Positions 26,932-40,644 of a stretch of 64,000 bases of DNA are shown here, piece by piece. The first letter of the stretch is position 1; every line of letters begins with the position of its first letter. The notes under the pieces were generated by a model, which had not been told where the DNA came from, did no database searches, and saw only the letters and a list, made by a program, of their open reading frames with translations. The translations under genes and the position numbers were made by a program. Source of the stretch: Octopus vulgaris (lineage: Eukaryota); assembly GCA_951406725.2 (NCBI GenBank), contig OX597819.1:88102001-88166000 (forward strand), in the 5' to 3' direction.

Positions 26932-28984
26932 TGGAGACAAGACAAAGGAGGTGAATAATAACTATGCTGTGTGCACGTTCATACAGAGAGTCAGAGGGTA
27001 GAGAGAGAAGTGGAGAGGAAGATAGATTAGAGACAGAATGACAAGGAAGAGAGATTAAGGATTAGAAAGGAAGACAGATTAGAGACGGAAAGCACGAGAT
27101 GAGAAATAGATGAGCTGGTAGACAGAGTGATGGAAGTGGAGAAAGAAGATGTGGCAGAGAGCTGCTAAAGAGAGACCGAGGTGACGAAAGAGAGTCGTTC
27201 CATAGACAATACAGAGATATCTGTGTATATGGGGGGGGGGGGTTGTGTATGAGTATAGATGAAGAGCAGACAGACAGACGGATAGATAGATAGATAGAAA
27301 GATAGATAGATATCAAGCGTGTCAACATCCACCCATCCATACATTACGTATGTACATAAACTCATTCACAGAAGAGGAAAAATGGATGCAAACGTATGAG
27401 AGAGGGAAGAGATGAAACAGTCTATATTAAAACACATTCTATGGCTTTATAAATAAACTAAACAACAGATAAATACTGTAAACAAACAAAACACATACCT
27501 ATGAAGGCTAGTATTGCGACCATATCGCTTCATAGCAATAGTAGTAGTAGTAGTATGTAGTAGTAGTGGTTATAGTAATGATACCCACTGTAGCAGTGGT
27601 AGTAATAGCGGTGGAATTTTACTGGGGTCTAACATAAGTGCTTGGAAGCACGAGCAGCAATACTTTACTGATAGCCATTCAAGCTTATTCTCCTAACAAT
27701 CTAGACACACTATATATATAGTGTGTGTGTGTGTGTGCGTGCGTGCATGTATGTGTATCTAAATGATCGTGTGTGTGTGTACAGGGTGTTTGTAAGAAGA
27801 ATGAAAATATGAATGAGGTTTGGATTGGAAAGAAACAAATACTATAGTAATACGAAAGAGAAAGCAATGTGTGTGTGTATATATATATATATAATTATAT
27901 GGGAGAGAGAGAGAGAGAGATAGTGGAAGTAACGAATGTGAATGTGGAGCTGACAAAAGAATATAAGAGTAAATAGTGAGAAAGAACGTTGACAACAAAC
28001 AAACAATAAAGAATCTCGTGCGCAAAGATTTGTTTGTTTTATTTTTGTATTCCGTCGTTCTGTTATTCTCTCTACTACCGAAGCATTCGAGAGCGTGAAG
28101 GTTTATTATTTTCTTTTTTTTTTATTAATTTTTTTTATCAATTTTTTTTTCGCACCGTCGAGTTCTATTTAGTCTCGCTTTCTCATTACAAGCACAGATT
28201 CTCTCGCTATCTCTCATATATAAATATATATAAATAATGCACATTTAAATATATATATATATATATATATATATCTCGATAATTTTAGACAATAGCATAG
28301 CAAAAACAAAAAAAGCAAATTAATACATACCCAACGCATCTAAACGACGATAGACAATTACAGACATTAAGTGGAAGCAGACAGACTGACAAATCCGGAA
28401 AAGACTTATCAATGACACACACACACACAATGAGATAGCTGTAGATAGATTTCCCAATTTTATATATATATATAGAGAGCGAGAGAGAGAAAGATATTAG
28501 TCTCTTTATTCAGTACAGGTAGAAAAATATACTGAGATTGACTTACAAATATTTTTAATACTTCCATCACAAACGCAAAGCTGTTACCATAGAATGACTC
28601 ATTATATATATATATATATATATATATTCTTTCCTTTCGTTCCAGATTTCATAATCTAATTAAATACATGCACAGACATAATATAAAATGATACACTCTA
28701 ACGCATTTAGCGGTTACTCTTATATTGCTTTTCAAGCGAAATAGAATCTGGAATTTCATGATGGAATACAAATAATTATTGTTGCAATAACAATTGCTGT
28801 AATAATAGTAGTAATAAGATGTAAAACGAGAAGAAGTAAAAAGAAAATAAAAAAAAAAAGATTGCGGATTGAGAGAGAATGGGAGACTATATGACTAGTT
28901 CGCCACTCTTAAGATGAATTTCTTTGAAGTGTCTAGGCATCTACACACTGACACATATAACTTACACATATTGGTTATGATATA

Positions 28985-29190
28985 TGTTGTTGTTCAACCA
29001 CAGGTCAGCCTTAAGTAGATTTATTATCAAATGCGCTGCATCTAGTCTTTTATTCGAGCGCAATGCATCTAATACAATGTCAGTTTTAGATAGCAGCTTC
29101 TTTAAGATATGAAAGGTAAGAGTTAAAGGAAATTTCACTGCTATTTTTAGCAAGTCGAGCGACCAGGTAGAGGCTCCCTTGTTGGCTCGT
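28985..29190 (-). mobile_element. Abundant ~220-bp dispersed element with an HDV-ribozyme-like head and an (AAC)n tail (representative copy)
   Basis: Minus strand reads CGAGCCAACAAGGGAGCCTCTACCTGGTCGCTCGACTTGCTAAAAATAGCAG...GCTGACCTGTGGTTGAACAACAAC. More than 12 degenerate copies occur in the window. Confidence 0.75.
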
Positions 29191-29445
29191 GATAATTATA
29201 GGCTGTTTGAGGTGGACAGCCAGATTAGTCAACAACATCCAAGCCGAAACAACCTAGTTCCATACACAGTCATCGTGATACAGGTTAATTTATGTATGCT
29301 CCAAAAATGAAAAAAAAAGAAAAGTAGGGCTTCTTTTCTCATGCATTTACCGAAATAATTACTCATTTTTCTTTATTTATGCGCGCATAGTGATGAAGAA
29401 AAATATTAGTTCTCATGCCAGGTACATGCGTGTGCGCGTATTGTG

Positions 29446-29504
<59 letters not shown>

Positions 29505-31039
29505 CACACACACACAATTATCAGGTGAAGGTAAAATATTAAAGGAGTCATTAGATTAGGAAAGCAGGCTGGTAGTAGGGAGCAACAAAAGGTGCCGAAA
29601 CAACCCTGAATTGTTTAGCCCCAGGTCAACCTTCAATGACTAGATTCATCATCATAGGCGTTCCAAATGTGACCATATTTTCTCTTCTTTCAAATAAATA
29701 ACAGTGTACTGCTGACAACATTATCGAGTGTGTCCTTTTATTTTGGAACGGTATAGTCTGATCTGAAGAAGGTCTGACATCTATTTCTAAAGAAAGGTCG
29801 TATAGGCTCCCTTGCTGATTCGAGGAAGCATGACTAATCGGTTGTAGCTACAACGGGTGAAGAGGAAGGTACCAAAAAATTCTTCGTGGATGCGAAGAGA
29901 GTTCAATAAACAAATAATCTTTGGTAACTAAAAATTAACACAGATTTTTAAGCTTCACCAAAAAAAACAAGATATTATTAACGTGGTATCCATACCTTTC
30001 CCAAGGGTTTTAGCAACATAAACTGAGGGCAAAAAAAAAAAAAAAAAACTAAAATGACTGGGAATCGAACTTTGTTTAGTATATTCGGTTCGCCGGGAGG
30101 TTATTTTCTCATCTATCGAACTAGCTAAAATTACCTCATATTTTTGGTATGACGTGATTTTTTTGCACCGCTCTTTATACACACTGACACACACGCATAT
30201 ATGTATACACGTTTAAAAAACATTTCATTTTGGAAATTTTATAAATATATATCATACTAGCTCACTGTGTGTGTGTCTCTATATATGTATATATATATAT
30301 TATACACACGCACAGAGCTAGTCCAGACAGGATTTTCACAGACACACAGCGCCGAAGTAAAAGCTTGAAAATTCTTATTGCAGAAATTGTGCACATAATT
30401 AAACAAACATCTATATATACATTTGAAAGTTACAAATACATCGGATTCAGTTCAGAAAATTATAATAAGATTAGGTATACACAGGCACGCCAGATACATA
30501 TACACGCAAACGCAATTAAGCGCACACACGCAATGCGTATAGATTTCAGAGAGGAAAGATAATTTCGACTAAATTAAAAGAAAATCGCAAATATAGGATA
30601 TAAAAAAAAAAAATAACATTCATGATTGATATCTGCCTTTGAAATAAATACATAACACAACCAATATACATAACAAGCACACACACACACACATATCAGG
30701 GACACACGCACAGAAAAACATATCTTAGATTCCTTTAAGTCTGCATAAGTAATACATATGGAAGTAAATCTCAATGCATAAAAACATGAATATAAAAAAC
30801 AGAGATTAGAAATAAAAATAGTTTTTTTTGTTTTTTTTTTCTATAATGCGGACAAGTATTTTCTCTGTGCGAGAAATACGTATATTTTAATTCTCAGAAC
30901 CTCAGCTTGAATTTCATTGAAAAACAACTTTGACAAAACTGAAAGAAAATTCTATACAAAAAGAAAAATATAAAAAGAATTACATCCAGGATTGATATTG
31001 GCCTTTGAATTTGATAAATGCGTAAATAAAAAGCCTTAC

Positions 31040-31076
31040 CATCAGATCCAATAACGATTAAATTATTTTCATCCAT
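31040..31076 (-). CDS. Candidate first coding exon segment of an unidentified host gene (MDENNLIVIGSD...)
   Basis: AAAATGG start context, then 37 nt followed by a canonical donor G|GTAAGG, inside the CpG-rich domain. No downstream exons identified. Confidence 0.3.
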
Positions 31077-31514
31077 TTTAAGTAAACTGTAGCAGCTGTT
31101 TTCTTCTTGGTAGAAGTAATAAGCTCTTTAGCCTGGTTTTAGAACAGATAGAGGCTTTTTCTGTTGTATCTCTTCTGTTCGTTTGGGAGATGGTCTCTTT
31201 TTCTTTCCTTAAGTGTAACATCCAGGACAAAATAGAGGTAACAATTGCTTAGTGGTTTGCTGACTGACCGTCGTCCGTCCGTCCACCCGTCCGTATGACG
31301 GCCACACCCGGCTATGACAATAGGCGAGACACAGTAATAAAGAAGACATATACATACGTATAATAAACATTCAGCCAACACACACACAATACTTAGAAAA
31401 TGATCGGTGGTGAATCAAGCAGCAGTAGTAGTAGTTTACACTAATTGAAGTCTCGGCGAGTCGGTCACAGCTCTAAAAACAAACACACACATTTACATTA
31501 ACAATATATATATG

Positions 31515-31560
<46 letters not shown>

Positions 31561-32514
31561 TATATATGAGTGTGTATTATCGAGAAAGACAGACGGTGCT
31601 TGAAGCTAAACTATAACACAAGAGCCATCCTATTTCGGTTGTCAGCAGAAATATGGACTTTTTCCAAGCGAATAGCGCCATCAGTTAACACTGTTGGAAC
31701 ATTAAATATATCCTTGTATTAATTGGCTTGCTATAGACATGAACAACGATTGCATTCCTCTCACAACTATTTGTATAGAATATATATTTATATAATTTTT
31801 AATTTATAACTACTAAGAAAGCAGTCGATTTACGCACATTCGCAATACGTACATTAACATACACGCTTGTGTGTGTGTGTGTGTGAGTATGTTTTCTTAT
31901 TTATGAGTTATGGTGAAACATAGATGCGTTTTACGGTTAAGTAGCAGCTGTAGGTTTGGGTATCACGGTACTGTATTCCATTCAAACCCCACACAACACA
32001 ACACCAAACTCCTGAAGCCGAATCTTTCTATCTAAACAGCTGCTGCTGTTGTTATTGTTGCTACAAACTACTATATGCAGTAGGGTCGGTGTAGACGGAA
32101 GCGTGTATTACTGGCTGGCTTAGTGGTGGTGGTGGTGGTGATAGTAGTTAGTGGTGATAGTGCCATCTACACTTCGGCTGAATGGTAATATCATATGATG
32201 AAGCTGAGACTATTTATAGAGCAAGCTTGAGAGCCATCGATGTTAATGACCATTTGACCAGAGCAGTGGGATGTGGCACCAACATTCCTCGTTCTACATA
32301 TATAACTTCGTTGTTTTAACAATTTACAGGTCAACTTACCAATGATGGTTAGTTACATTGGAGAAATATACACACACACACAAACTCTCTCTCTCTCTCT
32401 CTCTCTTCGGTGACCTTGCTACTATTTCCTTTCTGTTTTTATTTAACTACTTATTAAATTCATGTTTAAGTGCAGCCTAACATACTTTCCCATATCTCTC
32501 TCTCTCTCTCTCTT

Positions 32515-32545
<31 letters not shown>

Positions 32546-34158
32546 TCCTTTTCTTCAATCTGCACGTGTGTGTACTTGGCTTTGTTTACTGTTTTATATA
32601 TATATTTCTTTTCAAGAAGGCCTACCATGATAAACCTCATTCGTTCATCCACTTTAATTACTGTGAATTATAAGATAGAACATGGATTTATAAATACGTA
32701 CGAAACGATTTTTTTCTTTTTAATATGCTTAGTGATATAAATTGGGCCGAATTACATATGACATAAAAAATCAGGTGCGTTCTGTTGTTTCATGCAGATA
32801 ACTGAAATAAAATTGGGAATCGAAACGCAAACAAATGCAACACTCACGTGCACATATATATGTAAATATATATGCAAATATGTGTGCCATATGCTTGTAT
32901 GTGAGCGTTCTGTCAGTCAGTGAAATAATATATACATATATATATATGTGTGTGTGTGTATAAGTTAGCCAAAGAGAAAAAGACTGGCAGCTGTTGCCAA
33001 TAAAATCTAAGTCTATATATATAGAATATAAATTACATCTGATCGAGACTTTCATTTAGAGCTTATCATATTTAGGAGAACAATATCCCTTTTGTTACCA
33101 CGAGACGTGGTGAAACCTGTATATGTAATTCAATTTTAATGAAATACAGTAAAACATACATACTCTCAAACTATATGACTAAACCTTTCCGAATTAAATT
33201 TTAGTTATGCTACAAGATTGTTTGCAGATAAGGAAGTTGTTTTTCTTTTTTTTTTTTTCTTTTGTCTTCTAAAAAGATTGATAGAATAATTGTATAGTTT
33301 TCAAAAATATAAGAAGGCTTGCTAACTAAATTACTAAAGGAGATGATTTAATCGCCAGAACAGATATTTAGGGACAAGTAAGTTCGATGATCGGTCACTA
33401 ATGTGCGTTTATCTTTACAACCAAAGGACAATGTAAAGAATGTAGTTTTGGGAGAATGGTTGGGTGGAATAGGACGGGGAGAATTGGAACTTTTACACAT
33501 TTGTGTTAAATACGTCTAAGTCTCTGAGGTCCATTGGCTATTTTCTTTTTACAACTTCTCATGAGTTAACGAAAGTGCAGCTACGTAATTGCCCGAGCCA
33601 AATCTCTTTTCATTATCACCCAACAACTTTAAGAAAAAGACACATAAGAATATTGTAGTCTTAGATACACTTTGGCAATAATATGGGATGGTCATAGTTG
33701 CAATGCGTTTGATCATAGTTCTGTTCAATAAAAGTCAATCTGTAGCTAAATATTAACACACAGAGCTCAGTGATATCTAAAGATTGAATATTTTGACGAT
33801 CTTTCGGTATTGGTATACGACGTCATGAGGAGACGATGTCATTCACCTTCTTTTCAACCTAGCCTCTATGTCACAAGATTGCATAGGTGAATGCTGCCAC
33901 CCTCTACCAATACAGAAGGATTGCCAATATTTGAGTCTTTAAACTTAATATACCACCATCAAAGTGTTGATCAGAAACTCAACCTTGATTGAGCAGGTCT
34001 ATACTGAAAAAAAAAAAGGTTCCTGCCATAATCATCGCTTTTTATCGGACAATTTTTCTAGATTTTATCATATAATGTATCCTTCTGCTTTATTTTTTTA
34101 TGACTGAAGTATCATTTGAGGAAGATTGACTGCTATCTTGAACAGACCACGTTGAGCT

Positions 34159-34287
34159 GCCATGGGCAAGCTATGACACACGGGAGTTTCTAAATGGTAC
34201 CTAGAACCTTTTTTTAGCAATATGGTTTGGCTGATGATGAACCATGTCTCATGTGGCCCACACCTCATAAAAGATTGCCCATGCTTG
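34159..34287. mobile_element. hAT/Charlie-like MITE
   Basis: CATGGGCAA...TTGCCCATG inverted ends. The internal motif CTGATGATGAANCATGTCTCATGTGGCCCA is shared with about 15800-15842. Confidence 0.55.
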
Positions 34288-34749
34288 ATGTAAAGATTCC
34301 TTGTTGATTCATATTGCCTTCAAATTGCTCCAATAAGTGACATGCAACCCACTCTCTGTCATGTGTTCATTATGTCTTTTAATTTTTTAAAAAATATTTT
34401 ATATTATCCAAGGGCCACTCTATACTGCTGAAAGAAAACCAAAAATCACTGTTCATGCAAAAATCTAATTCAAACTATTAAAAACAGTAACAAATCGACA
34501 AAAAGCTAATGTTGCAAATAGTATACATATTCAATAACTTCCTTGCATCTGGCACCTTGAGTTCAGGGCATCAAAATTGCTCTTACAATAGTAATGCATT
34601 CCTGAAAATTTTGCCATAAAGCAAAATTAATGTTCCTATTGATTTCCATGTTGTAAAATGATAATGCGTTTAGATGAATTTTTTTCAAAAGACAAACAAG
34701 AAAAACCAAGTACCACAACAACTTTTATACATGAAAATTACAATTTCCA

Positions 34750-35163
34750 GTTGTGGCTATGTGGTAAGAAGCTTGCATCCCCACCACATGCTTCCAGGTT
34801 CAGTCCAACTGCATGGCAACTTGGGCAAGTGTCTTCTACTATAGTCTCAGGCCAACCAAAGCCTTGTCAATGAATTTAGTGAATGGAAACTGAAAGAAGC
34901 CCATTATATATATATATATAGAGAGAGAGATGTATATATTTGTGTATGTGTTATTGTATCTGTGTTTGTTTCCCCCACCACCACCACTTGACAACCAATG
35001 CTGGTGTGTTTACGTCTTTGTAACTTAGTGGTTCAGCAAAAGAGACAGATAGAATAAGCACTAGGCTTAAAAAATAAGTCCTGGCAACGATTCTTTGACT
35101 AAAAACTTTCAAGGTGGTGCTCCAGCATGGCGGCAGTCAAATGACTGAAACAAGTAAAAGAAT
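34750..35163 (+). mobile_element. tRNA-derived SINE, major family (near full length)
   Basis: Head TGGCTATGTGGTAAGAAGC through tail GACTGAAACAAGTAAAAG. Confidence 0.88.
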
Positions 35164-35399
35164 ACACTGTACAAATTTATACATAAGAACATTTGAAGAG
35201 CAATACATTAGGGAACAAGACTCATGGTATTGCATTAGGGTACATTTTTACCCCAAGGGATGTTAGCTACTGTGAAAGGTGGTAGTGGAATGATAGTTAC
35301 TGCAAGGATGAGGTACACTATCTTCTATCTTATAGTTTATTTTCATCAAAATTTACTTGAGGGGGCCAAGAATTTATCAAAAATTGTTTGATGTTTGAG

Positions 35400-36160
35400 G
35401 TGCGGCATCTTTTAGTACTGCTCAGAATAGAAAGTGAGCTCATTTGTAAACTCCCCATGTAATTTTTATGTTATATTCACGATTAAGGTTGTCGGGAAAA
35501 ATTTGCAGACCTTCCTCTTTTATAAGTGCCAAACCTTCAACAAAGTTCTTCGCTGTCAATTTAAATATGATTTACATAATCTCAGCTGTAGTCTCAGCTT
35601 GTTCTTGTTCTAACATCAGGACAAAAAAAAAATATTTGCACACCAACTCTTCAAAAATGCTTAGTCAAATCAGAAGTAAATTAAACTTTGCATAACCTTT
35701 GAAAGGCCTTGGATTGATAAGGGACTTCAATTTCATGTCACCACCAGTATTTTCTCCCAGAGAAGCACCAGATAATTTTTGGAAGCTTTAACCTTTTAAC
35801 ATTCAAACTGGCAATATCTGGCCCAAATATTGTAGTTGCTTTATGTTTAAGCTGACCAGATCTGTCTAGCACACCCACCCTACAATGTCATCTTAAAAAT
35901 AAGTCGGCAACTCATTGAAATCTCAAAGCTACAGGAGTAATTCAAAACAATGTGAATAAATAAACATTACATTTGACAGAATAATCTGAATGCTTGATTA
36001 AATCCTAGTGTTGATTCTTCTTCTCAAGAAAAAAAAAGTTCTAACAGGTATAGTCTTCCAGAAAAGTGCAGTTTCATCAACATTGTATACTTGCTCTGGA
36101 ATCTAGTTCTCTTTAGCAATCATTTCTGCATTTTGAAATTTTCTTGGTATTTTAAACCAT
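35400..36160 (-). pseudogene. pogo/Tigger-family DDE transposase remnant interrupted by a MITE
   Basis: Manual minus-strand translation gives IPEQVYNVDETALFWKTIPVRTF (about 36035-36105). After the 35790-36000 insertion there is a frameshifted ...GENTGGDMKLKSLINPRPFK motif. Both are typical Tigger/CENP-B-like DDE motifs. Confidence 0.75.
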
Positions 36161-36978
36161 CTTCACATGGATCCTCTAACAATAACTATGGTTATTTTCA
36201 TCATCATCATCAGCAACAGCAGCACCATCATCATCATTATTATCACCATCTTAACATGCACTTTTCCATGTTTGGAGTTTATTGATACCTTTCCTCTTGT
36301 CAACGTTACCTGTTTCCATGCAAGACATATTTTTACTGAATATTGGAAATGAATGACATTCATTGACAGCAATCATATGATGTTAAAATAAGAAAACACA
36401 AGAATACATATGCTTACATATATATACATATGCATACATATTCAAAACGGGCTTCTTTTAGTTTCTGTCTACCAAATCTAGGACTTTGGTTACCCTGAAG
36501 CTATATAGCAGAAGCAGGTTATAAAAGCCAGCTTATAAAATTAGGGGGACATGAGCACATTAAAAAGGTGCCGTGACACATAGCAAATGATTTATCAACT
36601 CATTTCTCTCATATTGCACAAAATATTTCATTAGCTATAATTGTATTCTACATACATTAATATCATGTTTCAGTAACAATGTCATTGTGTATGAAACTTA
36701 AAACTACTGATATAGGTGTGATGTGAAAAAAAAACGAAGCTTCACAGGATCGTCCAGTGTTGAGAGGTTATGACGTCAGTGATTGTTTTGGTTTTTCAAA
36801 CGTCCTGTAATTACAGGAGGATGAGCAGACAGTTCAAAAGCATGGAGGATTGGTCAAATACAGTAATGACTCCAGAAAGTTCTTCCAAAGCCATGACTCT
36901 AGAAAGTTCTTTCAAGGCAAAAAAAAACAAAAAAAACAATATTCAACTTTTATCCCACAAGTAAACTAAAGAGTTTAA

Positions 36979-37200
36979 CCCTTTCATTATCAACCTGGCT
37001 GAAACCAGCTCTGGCTCTGTAGTACAAATGTCTTGTTTTCATAAGTTTTTAATTAAAATCTTCCACCAAACCTTAGTCACAAATACCTGTTCCTAACACT
37101 AGCTGAATGATAACTAAGTTATTTTACAAAATTCTTTCTTATATTTGAAATAATTTGGAGAAACACAGAACATCTCAAAATAAATACAGTAACGAAAGGG
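36979..37200. mobile_element. piggyBac-like MITE with TTAA target duplication
   Basis: TTAA|CCCTTTCATTA...TAACGAAAGGG|TTAA. Confidence 0.8.
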
Positions 37201-38160
37201 TTAAAGACTTGTAGGAAAAGCACCAGCTTTGAAAAATGTGCTGAGGGGAAGAGGTCGCTCCTCTTGCTCCCCAATTAGCTACACCACAGAGTAGAAGGCA
37301 CTTGTCTAAGGTGTCACATGTAAGATTGGACCTCAATTATGCAGTCAGGAAGCAAACTTCTTAACTTGCACCTACCTCATTTCTTTTAAATCATAAAATT
37401 TGTACTGTAAATCACAAGCCAGTATTTTCAAATAAGCTACTGGAGTGATGCCGTTTTGAAAGTCTTCAGCGCGCATGCACAGAGTTGGATTCTTCCAGGA
37501 GGCCTGCCAGAGGTTCCCTCATGCACATGTGCAGAAAACTAGCAGCAGCAAAATTTCCCGTGTATCAATCTCTCTCAAAGCTAACAGTCGAACATGAAGG
37601 ATGTATTTTAGCTGCTCTCCCAAGCTGCCACCTTGTGACATTGCTACACTATGCTAAAACGGACAGGATTTGGTTCACTCCACTTGACTACTGCAACTAG
37701 CTCCTAGGCTACCGATTCACCCCGAAGAAGAATGTATATATTGCGAATCCAGAAATAAAATATTTATGTTGTCGAAGATATTAGGAATTCTTGGTTTTTC
37801 CTTCGATAAATAATTTAATGTAAGGGATGAGAGCTGCACCCCTCCAGTGTTACAGACCTTTCATCCTTACAATGACATGCAAAACATCATGTTAGATACC
37901 TTACACTTATCCAACCAATAAAACTAGTTGCATTTTCTTATAGAAATATCTTTTGACATAATTCCAGAAATGTAATGAAGTGAAAGTATTTTGTCTTTCA
38001 ATCACTGAGAGTCATATTTGCTCCTCCAATTCATTTAATATTATTTAGTTTTTCAAAGATATCTACCACCTACTAAATAAATTGCAAAATTTTTGTCATC
38101 GACTATTAACAAGAATCTCAAGAATATAAAATAGCTTTATGAATCATTTCTGGCAATTGT

Positions 38161-38654
38161 TCTGTGATAACCATCTTACATCAGTGCAAAGCAGTAATCT
38201 TATATGGACAGTAGTTAGTTTATCCTCACAACTGTTTACAGACACATTTAACATTAGCCATTAATAGTGTGGATGCATTTTATTGCTGAAATTAATATTT
38301 CTTTTAGATCAACAGATGAAGATGTGCAGTGTGTGTGTGTGTGTGTGTGTTTTACAGCAAATAGTAGTGTGCAAGCATCATTTCTTGATTGTTTCCCTGT
38401 AACAAATTTGAACAACCATTTCTCTGGTCTAGTACAAGAGGAGAAGCATCTGGAGTACAAGGTACAGTGTTTCCTATTGAAATTGGCATGCCTGTGCAGT
38501 TAAGAGGCTTGCTTCCTAACCATGTGATCTTGGGTTCAGCCCCACTACACAGCACCTTGGGCTAATGTTAAATGTGTTTGTAGACAGTTGTGAGGATAAA
38601 CTACTGCCCATATAAGTTTACTGCTTTGCACTGTTGTAAGATGGATAGCACAGA
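38161..38654. repeat. ~95-bp inverted duplication (arms 38161-38259 and 38560-38654)
   Basis: The right arm is the reverse complement of the left arm with few mismatches and sits inside a SINE copy. Confidence 0.9.
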
Positions 38655-38805
38655 CTCACAAATGCCTTGTGAGTGAATTTAGTTGAAATAAACTGAAGTC
38701 TATTCTCTCTCTCTTTCTCTTTCTATATATATCATATATCATATAGAGGGCACTATTTCACACTAACTACTTGATAAATTCTTATGAAGATTTTATCCTA
38801 TTTTT

Positions 38806-38867
<62 letters not shown>

Positions 38868-38874
38868 ATAAATA

Positions 38875-38910
<36 letters not shown>

Positions 38911-38913
<3 letters not shown>

Positions 38914-39863
38914 TCATCATCATCATCATTGTTTAATGTCCACTTTCCATGCTAGCATGGGTTGGACGATTTGACTGAGGACTGGTGAACCAGATGGCTG
39001 CACCAGGCTCCAATCTTGATCTGGCAGAATTTCTACAGCTGGATGTTCTTCCTAACACCAACCACTCTGAGAGTGTAGTGGGTGTTTTTATGCGCCACTG
39101 GCATGAGGGCCAGTCAGGCGGTACTGGCAACGGCCATGCTCAAATGGTGTTTTTTACATGCCACCTGCACAGGAGCCAGTCCAGCAGCACTGGTAACGAC
39201 CTCGCTCGAATGTTTTTTCACGTGCCATCAGCACAAGTGCCAGTAAGGTGATGCTGGTAACGATCACGCTTGAATAGTGCTTTTTACATGCCACTGGCAT
39301 GGAAGCCAGTTAGCCACTCTGGTAACGATCATGCTTGGATGGTACTCTTACCGCTCCACTAGCATGGATGCCAGTCATTGAATTCGATTTCGATTTCACT
39401 TGCCTCAACAGGTCTTCGCAAGCAGATTTTAGTTTCCAATGAAGGAAAGGTATGCATAAGTTACACTCCTGGCATAGGCCATGAGGTTGTGGTCTCATTT
39501 GGCTTGCCAGGTCTTCTCAAGCACAGCATATTTCCAAAAGTCTCAGTCACTAGTCATTGCCTCGGTGAGGCCTAATTTTCGAAGTTCGTGCTTTACCATT
39601 TCATCCCAGGTCTTCCTGGGTCTGCCTCTTCCACAGGTTCCCTCAACCACTAGGGTGTGGCACTTTTTCACACAGCTATCTTCATCCATTCTCACCACAT
39701 GACCATATCAGCTCCATCATCTCTCTTGCACACCACATCTGATGCTTCTTAGGTCCAACTTTTCTTTCAAGGTACTTACACTCTGTCGAGTATGCACACT
39801 GACATTACACATCCATCCATTCATCAGATCATACTGGCTTCATTCCTTGTGAGCTTACGCATG
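38911..39863 (-). mobile_element. RTE-like LINE 3' fragment with (ATG)n tail and a ~60-bp internal minisatellite
   Basis: Homologous to 49190-49860 and flanked by (TA)n on both sides. Confidence 0.85.
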
Positions 39864-39865
39864 TA

Positions 39866-39905
<40 letters not shown>

Positions 39906-39994
39906 TTGGCGGTTGTGGTGTTTTCTAATGATTTGAAAGACAACAGCTTCATGATCAGTATATCTCACATATGCCAAAAGAGCACCCCTCTGTG

Positions 39995-40400
39995 TGTAGC
40001 CCACAAGGTGCTACACACAGAGAGGACAAACAAGGACAGACAAACGGATTAAGTCGATTATATCGACCCCAGTGCATAACTGGTACTTATTTAATCAACC
40101 CCAAAAGGATAAAAGGCAAAGTCGACCTTGGCGGAATTTGAACTCAGAATGTAACGGCAGACGAAATACCTATTTCTTTACTACCCACAAAGGGCTAAAT
40201 GCAGAGAGGACAAACAAGAACAGACAAATGGATTAAGTCGATTACATCGACGCCAGTGCATAACTGGTACTTATTTAATCGACCCCGAAAGGATGAAAGG
40301 CAAAGTCGACCTAGGTGGAATTTGAACTCAGAACGTAACGGCAGACGAAATGCCACTAAGCATTTCGTCCTACATGCTAACGTTTCTGCCAATACGCCAC
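39995..40400 (-). mobile_element. Second-family SINE with a tandem partial duplication
   Basis: Two consecutive copies of the GTCGACC..GGCGGAATTTGAACTCAGAA block. Confidence 0.8.
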
Positions 40401-40604
40401 ACCACAATGTTTCTTCCAGTTCATTCTTTCATATGTATTGTGAATTTACATGAATTTCAATAACTTTTGAATTAGCTGTGCTTCACCATTTTGGGTATGA
40501 GACTTTGGCACAGTTGTTTTGGTGCCACCAATCTGATATTGCTGATCTGATGATAACATATTTGACATCAGACATTATAATGTCTCTGTTGTTTGCTCCC
40601 TCAC

Positions 40605-40644
<40 letters not shown>

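Larger units (their letters stand above)
22600..33900. promoter_or_regulatory. CpG-retaining domain (putative unmethylated promoter or first-exon region)
   Basis: By eye, CG dinucleotides are frequent here (cgcgtaaaagcgcgag, cgtccgtccg, gcgcacgcgc) and scarce in the flanks. Not computed. Confidence 0.55.
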
